From positions 2,601 to 66,600 of IMG/VR virus record IMGVR_UViG_2772190763_000002: 64,000 nucleotides of DNA. The stretch is one strand, 5' to 3'. Numbering within the stretch: the first letter of the stretch is position 1; every line of letters starts with the position of its first letter. Positions 1 through 7,464 of this stretch are shown here, in pieces. Under the pieces are notes generated by a model. The model made no database searches. It worked only from the letters and a program-made list of their open reading frames with translations, and was not told the origin of the DNA. The DNA comes from a virus (taxonomy: Duplodnaviria > Caudoviricetes). The position numbers and the translations under genes are program-made.

Positions 1-200
1 CCAGCGCTCAAATATTCGGGAGAGCATGGCTCCCACTCGTCGGGATTGATTACCGTCATCCGGTCGGGTTGGAGGGCGGCGGCCAGCAATTCAGAAACAG
101 CTTCGTCAGACGGCCACGAGTGTCCCCAGTTGCAGCGCTCCGATATCTCGCGGTATTTTGCCTGAAATGCCTCGACTTGAGCGTTACTTGGCCCCATCAC
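1..200 (-). CDS. Hypothetical phage protein (partial, runs off left edge)
   Basis: GTG/ATG overlapping stop of 197..472; frame open to position 1 (MGPSNAQVEAFQAKY...). Confidence 0.55.
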   Translation of the reverse strand, partial: MMGPSNAQVEAFQAKYREISERCNWGHSWPSDEAVSELLAAALQPDRMTVINPDEWEPCSPEYLSA

Positions 201-472
201 GCCGCACTCCTATAGCCAAGCAGCTCGAGCCGCTCCGCAATCATAAACAGATTGCGTGCCTGCCGCTCGCGGCGCTCGCCGCAGTTCATGTTGGCCTCGG
301 CAACCTGCCGCAGCGATCCCGGCATCAGGCCGTCGGCGATTGCGCGCTCGAGAGTGAGCAATGGCGTGTTGACGTTGGCTGCCATGGGCGCGCTGTAGGG
401 CGCTGCTGGCCGTTGAGGCGCGTGCCGTTGCTGTGCTGGCCGTGGTGGTGTGGATCTTCTCTTGTTCTGCAT
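197..472 (-). CDS. Hypothetical phage protein
   Basis: 91-aa ORF, GAGGAG RBS upstream, ends in AA. Confidence 0.65.
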   Translation of the reverse strand: MQNKRRSTPPRPAQQRHAPQRPAAPYSAPMAANVNTPLLTLERAIADGLMPGSLRQVAEANMNCGERRERQARNLFMIAERLELLGYRSAA

Positions 473-502
473 GTTGGTCTCCTCAGTTGATGGTGGTGGT
501 GG

Positions 503-628
503 TCACTGGTGCGCGAAATGGGCGGCATAGCTCGCCCAGATCGTAAAGCTGTAGATGAAGGCGCCGGCGGCGAGGGCGGCGCAGAGATTGTGGAGATGGT
601 CGCCGATCGTGAGCTCGTCGTCGGTCAT
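503..628 (-). CDS. Small hydrophobic hypothetical protein (41 aa)
   Basis: ATG overlaps TGA of 625..906; MTDDELTIGDHLHNLCAALAAGAFIYSFTIWASYAAHFAHQ, translated by hand. Confidence 0.5.
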   Translation of the reverse strand: MTDDELTIGDHLHNLCAALAAGAFIYSFTIWASYAAHFAHQ

Positions 629-906
629 GGCTGGCTGGCCTTGGCGAGGAGGGCCGCCGCGATGCGGCGCATGTCCTGCACCTTGCTCGACCCAAGCTCG
701 CCGTTGTCGGCGCGATCGACGATGGCTTGGAGGCCATCCCTCAACGCCTGCACCTCTGCGGCGAGCGCATGGTGGAGATTGTCAGGCGGCGCCATGTCGA
801 AGGCTGGCCAATTGCCGCCGTAGCGCAGGGCTGTCGACGAACCGTCTTCGCGCTGGACGTAGGTGTACTTGCCGTTGGCAACGGTCACGTTCAGGCGGTC
901 GGTCAT
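625..906 (-). CDS. Hypothetical phage protein
   Basis: 93-aa ORF, ATGA-coupled to neighbours, GGAGG RBS. Confidence 0.7.
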   Translation of the reverse strand: MTDRLNVTVANGKYTYVQREDGSSTALRYGGNWPAFDMAPPDNLHHALAAEVQALRDGLQAIVDRADNGELGSSKVQDMRRIAAALLAKASQP

Positions 907-1133
907 CGGCGTGCCTCCACAGCTACATCGGGCTCGCGATAGAAATCAGCAGGCCACTTGTCATCGTAGAGCCAGATCAAGTCATTTGGCCCTACCGGCA
1001 CCCACTCGCCAGTTTCCTTGTCGAGGACATCAAACTCGCAATCGGACCAATAGTCAGGATTGTCCGTGAGCTGGCGATATTTCTTGCCATCGAAATTGAT
1101 GGTCTTTGCGCCTTCAAGCTTCTCCGCACTCAC
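903..1133 (-). CDS. Hypothetical phage protein
   Basis: 76-aa ORF coupled to neighbours. Confidence 0.65.
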   Translation of the reverse strand: MSAEKLEGAKTINFDGKKYRQLTDNPDYWSDCEFDVLDKETGEWVPVGPNDLIWLYDDKWPADFYREPDVAVEARR

Positions 1134-1333
1134 TCTTCACCGCCAATCTCAGCCAGCACACGGCCCGGCTTGCGACGGCGCAACGCAAAACGACCGCGGC
1201 AATCTACATTGCGCGGTGCGGGGCGGGGATGTTTCTTGGCCTTGTGGTCAGCGCGGCGCATCGGCTCGGCGCTGCAGCATGCCGCCGCGATGGGCGAGTA
1301 GTCGTCTTCTTGCGTGTATCTTCTATCTAGCAT
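1130..1333 (-). CDS. Hypothetical phage protein
   Basis: Start at MLDRRY after GAGGAG RBS. Confidence 0.5.
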   Translation of the reverse strand: MLDRRYTQEDDYSPIAAACCSAEPMRRADHKAKKHPRPAPRNVDCRGRFALRRRKPGRVLAEIGGEE

Positions 1334-1382
1334 TGTCGTCTCCTCGGTGGTGACCGCCATGGTTAGATGCGGCAGTTAGGAG

Positions 1383-1437
1383 ACAATAGGACGGAAAGTA
1401 GCGACGAGTCAAGAGGAAAGTTGCAAAGAAAGTAGCG
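1383..1437 (-). promoter_or_regulatory. Leftward promoter with AAAGTWGC operator half-sites
   Basis: Minus-strand TTGACT (1412-1407) and TATTGT (1388-1383); AAAGTAGCG at 1395 and 1429, AAAGTTGCA at 1417. Confidence 0.6.
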
Positions 1438-1444
1438 GCAAAAT

Positions 1445-2176
1445 TTAGCTCTCGCCGCTACCTACGATTCGATGAACCCTAGCGACCATCTTTAGCGGGA
1501 TCGAAACGGGTTGTGCTGGATTGAATTGGAATAGCTCCAAACTATCATCGTGCCAGGCAATGAATTGCTTTATATACGCGCCCTCTGGATTGTTCTCGTC
1601 TTCTCCGATCTGAACGACACAAAAGTCCTTTTCCTTCAATGGCTTGTATGGATGAACGTAAACCAACTCACCTGGATAGTACCTCGGTATCATCGAGGTG
1701 CCGTGAACATAAACCGCATAGCCTCCCTCGATCGTTCCCAAATCAGGATGAGCCGGCACCCAATCAGTTGTTTCGTTTACCATTATCAGTCGATCCGGGT
1801 CTCCCGCAGCCGCCCAGCCGTGCACAGGCACCATCCCCGCCCGTTCGGTATTTTTTTGACGCACCATAATATTAACTCCACTAGCTGCTTTCGACGCTGT
1901 GGAAGAAGATAGGGCGCGCATCTTGATGCGTCCCTTAATTTTGCTCGGTTTCTTCTCATCGATGGCGTCCAGATCCATCATTGCGTCAGCTTCATTCAAG
2001 GGAATGCCAAATCCGTTGGCGTATACCTCCCAATCATTCGGACGAGTCGTTTCGCCGCGCTCGACCTTGCCAAACGCGGCACGCTCGACGCCAATGTAAT
2101 CGGCGGCCGCCTCTTGCGACATTTGACGCGCCTGACGCTCAACTTTCAACCGATCACCAAATCGAGACATCTTCAT
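1445..2176 (-). CDS. CI-like repressor (XRE HTH + S24 peptidase domain)
   Basis: N-terminal HTH (MSQEAAADYIGVERAAFGKVERG); S24 motif VHGTSMIPRYYPGELVYV and YIKQF; AAGD cleavage-like site. Confidence 0.9.
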   Translation of the reverse strand: MKMSRFGDRLKVERQARQMSQEAAADYIGVERAAFGKVERGETTRPNDWEVYANGFGIPLNEADAMMDLDAIDEKKPSKIKGRIKMRALSSSTASKAASGVNIMVRQKNTERAGMVPVHGWAAAGDPDRLIMVNETTDWVPAHPDLGTIEGGYAVYVHGTSMIPRYYPGELVYVHPYKPLKEKDFCVVQIGEDENNPEGAYIKQFIAWHDDSLELFQFNPAQPVSIPLKMVARVHRIVGSGES

Positions 2177-2198
2177 TCAACCCTTAATGAAATCAATG

Positions 2199-2284
2199 CG
2201 CTACTATATACCATAAAAAAATAGTTGCGTGTTGCTACTTTTTTGTTGACTCAAAAGTAGCGAAAGGCGTATACAAAAGTTGCA
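2199..2284 (+). promoter_or_regulatory. Rightward promoter/operator region driving the RAMP-array module
   Basis: TTGACT 2246-2251, TATACA 2270-2275; CGCTACT 2199, TGCTACTTT 2233, AAAGTAGCG 2254, AAAGTTGCA 2276 (same motif as at 1395-1437). Confidence 0.6.
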
Positions 2285-2502
2285 AGAGTGAACCGAGGCC
2301 ATACAAAAGGCGTAGGGGATTTAGAACCAAAGACTTTTCATTCACGCAATATTAGAACTGCGATTTTTTCAGCGACATTTTATCGAGGCAACCATTTGAG
2401 GAGTTCAAGCATGCGGCGAAATAAAAGGAAAAACCCTCCCAGAAGAGCAGTAGCGCCGAAAGGCGCTGGTCCTCCCAGAAGAACGCCGGGGCGTCATGCC
2501 CC

Positions 2503-2636
2503 GGCTCCTCAGACCAGACGCCTTTCGAGGCGTGCGGTGTGGGGAGCCACAAACACCGTTACGCTCCGCATGGCACCAATTCGCCCCGTTTCGTAACGCA
2601 TGACTACGTTCCGACCCGCAAGACAACGCAACGACC
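2503..2636 (+). ncRNA. Hairpin + pentamer-tract unit 0 (putative guide-type RNA upstream of RAMP gene)
   Basis: Stem GGCTCCTC...ACGCCT-TTCG-AGGCGT...GGGGAGCC (2503-2548), then 17 in-phase pentamers 2552-2636, 10 of which start CGC/CGT. Confidence 0.75.
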
Positions 2637-2661
2637 TTTCATCACCATAGAGGAGACTAAC

Positions 2662-3258
2662 ATGGATTTTTCCGTCGCAACCGTAACTCTCAGAAGTTTT
2701 TCCCCCTACAGCCAGAGCAAGCAACACGACGAGCCGTCGCTCAAGGGCGAAGGCAAGGGGGACTACGACAAGCGCACCTGGAAAGCCAAGGCGCACATCA
2801 CCAAGGACGGCACGCTCGGCATTCCAGCCGCGTCTATGACGCAGGCCATCGCCGAAGCCGCGAAATATTCCAAGAAGCAAATCCCAGGCCAGGGTAAGGC
2901 AACATGGACCGCCAAATTCAAGAGCGGTATCATGCTCGTCGATAGCTTCATCGACACAGGCATCATTCTCAAAGACGCCGACTTCGTCGACATCATGTGC
3001 GACGCTCAGGGCAAGACGGGCTCCGCCGTCAGCAGCCGCGTACCGCGCCGCTTCCCCCAGGTTCCTGAATGGTCCGCCACCTTCCAAGTCTGGATCCTCG
3101 ATCCCATCATCACCGAAGAAATCTTCCGAGAAATGGTCGAGCTTGCCGGCATGTTCATCGGGATCGGCCGCTGGCGTCCAGTCATGAACGGCGGGATGAA
3201 CGGTCGCTTCATCATCGACAAGCTTAAATGGGAAGATAACCGCAAGTTTGCGGCATAG
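2662..3258 (+). CDS. Stand-alone RAMP/Cas7-like protein (Vipr-like), 198 aa
   Basis: GAGGAG RBS then MDFSVATVTLRSFSP (first RRM strand), LGIPAASMTQAIAEAA (RAMP IP-S-helix motif), RRFPQVPEWSATFQV, C-terminal glycine-rich loop GMFIGIGRWRPVMNGGMNGRF. Confidence 0.8.
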   Translation: MDFSVATVTLRSFSPYSQSKQHDEPSLKGEGKGDYDKRTWKAKAHITKDGTLGIPAASMTQAIAEAAKYSKKQIPGQGKATWTAKFKSGIMLVDSFIDTGIILKDADFVDIMCDAQGKTGSAVSSRVPRRFPQVPEWSATFQVWILDPIITEEIFREMVELAGMFIGIGRWRPVMNGGMNGRFIIDKLKWEDNRKFAA

Positions 3259-3279
3259 GACCACCGCCACCACATCGAC

Positions 3280-4150
3280 ATGCCTTACAAGACCGGCTCT
3301 TACGGGAGCCGGTTCATGGAGGGCATTGCTTTCCACAACGCAGCTCTGCGGCCCGCTACACGTCGCTCCGCATTGTGTCGTATCGCCTCTCAACGCAAGG
3401 AATACCAATGACAATCGTTGCCCAACATTATCAGCCAAGAAGACCGATAGTGGTGGGCAACCACCAACGCTGTATTGCAGCGCCACTTAGGGCCACGCGC
3501 CACGCCGTCCCGTTATGCACCTCAACGTTTTCTAGCTTGGTCGGCTCTTTCGAGAGCCGCCTTGTGGTGGGAAACTGCCAAACTTCGCGGCTAGCCGCAT
3601 CGCGCCACCCCGCGTCGCAACGCAATGCAAGTCATCTCAACGAATACCAAACTCAGCAGCAACCGCATTCGTGCGGTTTTTGGTGGGCTTGTCCTGCCGA
3701 CCGCGATCCGCAGCTCCGCGCCGCGCTACACCTGGCTCCGCCGCTTATATCAGCTTCTCGCACCTCAACGAATTACGCTACCCAGCGTCGTCGGCCTTCG
3801 GGCCGAGTGCGGTGGGTATCTCACCAAATGCCGTCCCGCACGGCCGCGTCGCGCGTATTGCCGTTGCGCAACGCCGCGCACCTCTTCACATCTCAACGAA
3901 TACCTGCCAAGCGCCGGTTGCCTTCGGGCAACGTGCGGTTCGCAGGAACCACCAATATCACGCACAGCGACAACACGCTGCGCCGCGCATCGCACCGTCT
4001 CTCAACTCATCTCAACGGCCGCCCTTCGGGGCGGCATCCCCAAGCTTTCATTACGGAAGGTTTCGGGATGCCGTCACTGGTATCATTTCGCTCCATAGCG
4101 CGCTGCTGCACGCCACAGCGAACCGTTACGCGCCACATCTCAACGCACCT
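3280..4150 (+). repeat. Array of 7 non-coding units (stem-loop + 11-13 CGY-NN-type pentamers closing with CTCAACG), period 115-132 nt; putative guide RNAs
   Basis: CTCAACG at 3389, 3521, 3636, 3764, 3892, 4011, 4139; strict 5-nt phase upstream of each; intervening hairpins, four with TTCG loops. Confidence 0.88.
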
Positions 4151-4173
4151 AACCACCACACGAGGAGACAATA

Positions 4174-4707
4174 ATGGCATATGAATCTACGCCAGAAAGA
4201 CTGGCAATAAGAGACAAGCTCGTCGACGCCTTTCTGCAGGTGTCGGTTCAAGGGCTTATCACTCACAACGATATTGCCGGCATCATCGGAAAGAAGACGA
4301 CATCGCCGGAAGCAATCAAGCATTCAGCCTTCCGCATCGCCTCAGATGACCATGGCGTCGTCTTTGAGAATGTGCGCGGCGCTGGCTACCGCCGCATCGC
4401 AGCGGGCGACGTGCACCGTGTCGGCACGCAGACGCGCCACAGCATCCGCGGCAAGGCGAAGCGCGGCAGCAAGAAAATTACCGCCGTCCTGTCCACCAAT
4501 TCCAACAGCATGACGAACAGCGAGCGCATCCGCGCCTACGCAGAAGTCGGCATTCTCGGAATGATCCGAATGGCGGCAGGCCACAACTCGGCAGAGAAGG
4601 CGTACCGCGAAGCCGAGCGCCAGCAGGAGAAGCGTCAGAAGCCGCCGACGCAGGAAGAGATATCGCGTGCCGTGTTGCGCGTCATCGAGGGCGGCAAGGC
4701 CGCTTAA
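4174..4707 (+). CDS. Hypothetical basic protein, possible winged-HTH; candidate accessory gene of RAMP-array module
   Basis: 177 aa, GAGGAG RBS directly after array, ITHNDIAGIIG...FENVRGAGYRRI. Confidence 0.75.
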   Translation: MAYESTPERLAIRDKLVDAFLQVSVQGLITHNDIAGIIGKKTTSPEAIKHSAFRIASDDHGVVFENVRGAGYRRIAAGDVHRVGTQTRHSIRGKAKRGSKKITAVLSTNSNSMTNSERIRAYAEVGILGMIRMAAGHNSAEKAYREAERQQEKRQKPPTQEEISRAVLRVIEGGKAA

Positions 4708-4734
4708 CCACCCACCACAAAAAAGGAGACACGT

Positions 4735-5229
4735 ATGAGACACAATAAATTCGAACGTGAAAAATACGGCATCAGCGTCGAACTGATGTCAAGAATGTGT
4801 GGCCTTAGCACATCCCGCATCAAGACCGTCGAGGACGCATATCTCGATCTTCTAAGCCGCGGAGTTCCAGAGGACAGGCTAAAGGCTACGGCCGACAGTG
4901 AACGAATGCTCGCCGTTGTTGATGAAATTAAGGCGCAACAGGACAAGACAGTTGAGGCGTTGCTTGGAACGCTGGTGGCGCGCGGAATTGATGTTTCGCT
5001 GACCAATATACACCACGCAGGACACGGCAGCGGCTATCAGGCTGAACTGTCGATGGGCGATGCCTTCGGAAAACGCCTCTCATCAATCGGTCGCGGTAGG
5101 GCGCAACTATCTGCGCTGATGTCATCTATTGATGTCATGCGGGGAGTTGTTGGCGTGGTTGCGCCGCTCTTCCCTGCCGTTGAGCCAAATATGGATCCGA
5201 AGACGGCAAAAGAGCGGCCGATCGCTTAG
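4735..5229 (+). CDS. Hypothetical protein with N-terminal HTH-like segment
   Basis: 164 aa, AAGGAG RBS; YGISVELMSRMCGLSTSRIKTVE. Confidence 0.7.
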   Translation: MRHNKFEREKYGISVELMSRMCGLSTSRIKTVEDAYLDLLSRGVPEDRLKATADSERMLAVVDEIKAQQDKTVEALLGTLVARGIDVSLTNIHHAGHGSGYQAELSMGDAFGKRLSSIGRGRAQLSALMSSIDVMRGVVGVVAPLFPAVEPNMDPKTAKERPIA

Positions 5230-5236
5230 CCGGTAG

Positions 5237-5445
5237 CCGGGGGTTCGAAACACGCCGAGAGACGTGCAGCACACTTTTAATGGTTTCCCATCTGGACATA
5301 GCGTGCTCCCCCGGCGATCAAACCAACACACCACATTCGCAAGCCGACCCGAAGGTCGACACCACTCGCTTAGCGGCTTGCGGAATGCAGTTCGTACTAT
5401 CTCGGGGGAGGAGACTTGGCATAGCCACGCCGTTAACCCCGGATT
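5237..5445 (-). ncRNA. Putative structured RNA/leader
   Basis: Nested complementary pairs 5237-5245/5435-5442, 5306-5318/5399-5410, 5334-5346/5374-5387; GACC-UUCG-GGUC loop on minus strand; downstream of minus-strand TTGACA at 5502-5497. Confidence 0.45.
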
Positions 5446-5488
5446 TCCATATCGCCACCACAGCGACGTTGTTTGTCTACCAACAAGC

Positions 5489-5502
5489 AACAAATTTGTC
5501 AA
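5489..5502 (-). promoter_or_regulatory. TTGACAAATTTGT promoter/operator (leftward)
   Basis: Reverse complement of repeated motif. Confidence 0.6.
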
Positions 5503-5529
5503 GAGCCAACTTGGCGACACTCACCAACG

Positions 5530-6138
5530 TTAAGAAGCAACTCTTTCGGCAAGGACGATCACATGCACAGCACGAACATCACGAATCGTCATCGTCTTGC
5601 CGCCGCGCTCGATCTCGGCCGTACCGTCGGCGACAGCCACAAGCCGACCGACCCATGCCAGTCCGCTCTTCGCATGAACCAAAACTTCATTGCCAGGCTG
5701 CGGCCAGACGGTCGTATCGAGCCAAGCCTTGGTGCCAGCCAGCAAAGCAGGCTCCATAATCTTGGTGGCGACGAGGATGGCGTATCGCCCGTGCGGAATG
5801 TTCTTGCCGGCGAACGTCGGAGGCGGGAATTTGTATTTCCCCTCTTTCCGATCGGAAATCTTCCCGTAAACGCTAGCGGTATTGAATGCGGACACTTTGG
5901 GCAGCTTCGCATTTGCGGCACTTTCAGCCGCTTCCCTTACCGCCTCTTCGACTTCGTCTATATCCACGCCAAGAAACGCGGCGATCGACTCATACATATG
6001 CGGTCGCGGCAGCGAGCCCATTTTCCAACGGCTGAATGTCTGCTGCAGCCAGCCGTATTGCTCAGCGACTTCGCGGTCTGTCTGGCTGGACTGCTTGTCG
6101 ATCAGCATTTTGGCGAAGCGTGAACGGGAGGGCGCCAT
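5530..6138 (-). CDS. Second CI-like repressor (HTH + degenerate S24-like domain)
   Basis: HTH TDREVAEQYGWLQQTFSRWKMG; C-terminal MEPALLAGTKAWLD...PQPGNEVLV; flanked by TTGACAAATTTGT sites. Confidence 0.8.
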   Translation of the reverse strand: MAPSRSRFAKMLIDKQSSQTDREVAEQYGWLQQTFSRWKMGSLPRPHMYESIAAFLGVDIDEVEEAVREAAESAANAKLPKVSAFNTASVYGKISDRKEGKYKFPPPTFAGKNIPHGRYAILVATKIMEPALLAGTKAWLDTTVWPQPGNEVLVHAKSGLAWVGRLVAVADGTAEIERGGKTMTIRDVRAVHVIVLAERVAS

Positions 6139-6156
6139 AATCTTTTAATCCAGCCT

Positions 6157-6170
6157 TTGACAAATTTGTA
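6157..6170 (+). promoter_or_regulatory. TTGACAAATTTGTA promoter/operator (early rightward operon)
   Basis: Consensus -35 overlapping palindrome ACAAATTTGT. Confidence 0.7.
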
Positions 6171-6259
6171 AATTGATACCACTGTAGCCGATAGTTGGCA
6201 AGCGCACCGGTTTTGCCACTACTGCGTCGTAAGACGCTACACCACAAGAGGAGATTGAG

Positions 6260-6820
6260 ATGACCAACCTGAACGTAGCAGTTAGCGCCAGCCTTGCTGG
6301 CATTCTCAGCATCAACGAAAACATCGCTAGCCTGCAGGAAGAAGCCAAGGCGGCACGCAAGGCCGCGATTGAGCCGTTCCTTGAAGCGCTTGCCGCATCT
6401 GGCGAAGTGTCGCTGGTCGTTGTTCGCGGCCACACCCCAGGCTTCAACGACGGAGAGCCGTGCGAGCACTCTGCCGAAATGTTCGTCAACATCAAGAAGG
6501 CCAAGGAAGAAGACGTTCTCGATGGCGACTTCGGCATCGATCTGCCAGAAGAACTCGTCGAAGGGCTCGTCGACGAAGTCTCGTATGAGCGCCCCTCCTA
6601 CAAGCGGATTGTCAACGAAGGCGCCCTCGCTGCCAACATCGCACTCTGCCGCGAACATGGCCATGTCTACGGAGAACCCTCCGCCGAGATCCTGAAAGCA
6701 CTCAATGCGGTTATCTTTGACACCGTCGAGGAGGAGAATGAGACCAACTATTACGTCACCTATGTTCTGACGGACGGCAAGTTCGAGGTGAGCACGGGCG
6801 AATACGACTGCGGCTACTGA
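6260..6820 (+). CDS. Hypothetical acidic phage protein
   Basis: 186-aa ORF with GAGGAG RBS. Confidence 0.8.
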   Translation: MTNLNVAVSASLAGILSINENIASLQEEAKAARKAAIEPFLEALAASGEVSLVVVRGHTPGFNDGEPCEHSAEMFVNIKKAKEEDVLDGDFGIDLPEELVEGLVDEVSYERPSYKRIVNEGALAANIALCREHGHVYGEPSAEILKALNAVIFDTVEEENETNYYVTYVLTDGKFEVSTGEYDCGY

Positions 6821-6843
6821 TCGCCCGCCGGCTGGAGCAGGAC

Positions 6844-7437
6844 ATGGAAAACATGATTTTCAATAGTCGGCAGCACACCATTACCAACCTCGAGTTCTCC
6901 GAGGTTGGTGACTGGCCGCTAGCCGATTGGAAATACGCCGACGTCGAGTTTGTCTATCCGCGAACCAGCGATCTGGTTCGGAAAGTCATCGACGCCTCGC
7001 CAATAACTGGAAGGTTCAAGCGGGTGCTGATTGACGTGAAGGTGCAGGATTTGACGCCGGATATCTACTCCTGCATTCCAGGCTGGCACTTGGATGGCGC
7101 ATTTCCGCAAGTGGGCATTGACCCTGACCGCCACCACTTGTTTGTCATGAATGGGCCGCTCACGGAATTCATCAGCGAGCCCGTTTGTTGCAAGGTGGAA
7201 TACCCGGTCAGTATGCCGGATATTCTAAGGCAAATCCCGCTTGACGTAAAGGTTTCCACCTGCGCGCCAAACGCCATAACCACCTTTACCAGCTTTGACT
7301 TTCACCGTGGCGTCATGACCGAGAAGCCGACGCGCCGCCTGCTGGTTAGGTTGACCGAGACCAACACTGTGCTAGCCCACAACAAGCCGAAGGCACCAAG
7401 TCAAGGCGCGCGGGCCAGCATTTCCGCAGTTCTCTAA
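6844..7437 (+). CDS. Putative 2OG-Fe(II) oxygenase-like protein
   Basis: PGWHLDG (HxD), DFHRG (distal His), RRLLVR. Confidence 0.55.
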   Translation: MENMIFNSRQHTITNLEFSEVGDWPLADWKYADVEFVYPRTSDLVRKVIDASPITGRFKRVLIDVKVQDLTPDIYSCIPGWHLDGAFPQVGIDPDRHHLFVMNGPLTEFISEPVCCKVEYPVSMPDILRQIPLDVKVSTCAPNAITTFTSFDFHRGVMTEKPTRRLLVRLTETNTVLAHNKPKAPSQGARASISAVL

Positions 7438-7464
7438 CCACCACCCACCACAAGAGGAGACACA

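Noticed and set aside
2160-2300. Self-target of the NN guides in the phage's own regulatory region
   Set aside because: A limited by-eye check of two units (0 and 3) found no gapped match here; a computational scan of the whole window is needed
2539-2661. N-terminal extension of the RAMP ORF from 2539
   Set aside because: It is the translated pentamer tract; the strong GAGGAG RBS supports ATG 2662
3280-4150. Canonical CRISPR array
   Set aside because: No identical 23-47 bp direct repeats; conservation is a 5-nt periodic triplet plus CTCAACG and sequence-divergent hairpins; no cas1/cas2
3248-4184. Long ORFs across the array (3375..4184, 3625..4098, 3671..4174, 2509..3486 minus)
   Set aside because: Arg/Ala/Ser/His-rich low-complexity products in several frames, no clear RBS; 5-nt periodicity is incompatible with codon structure
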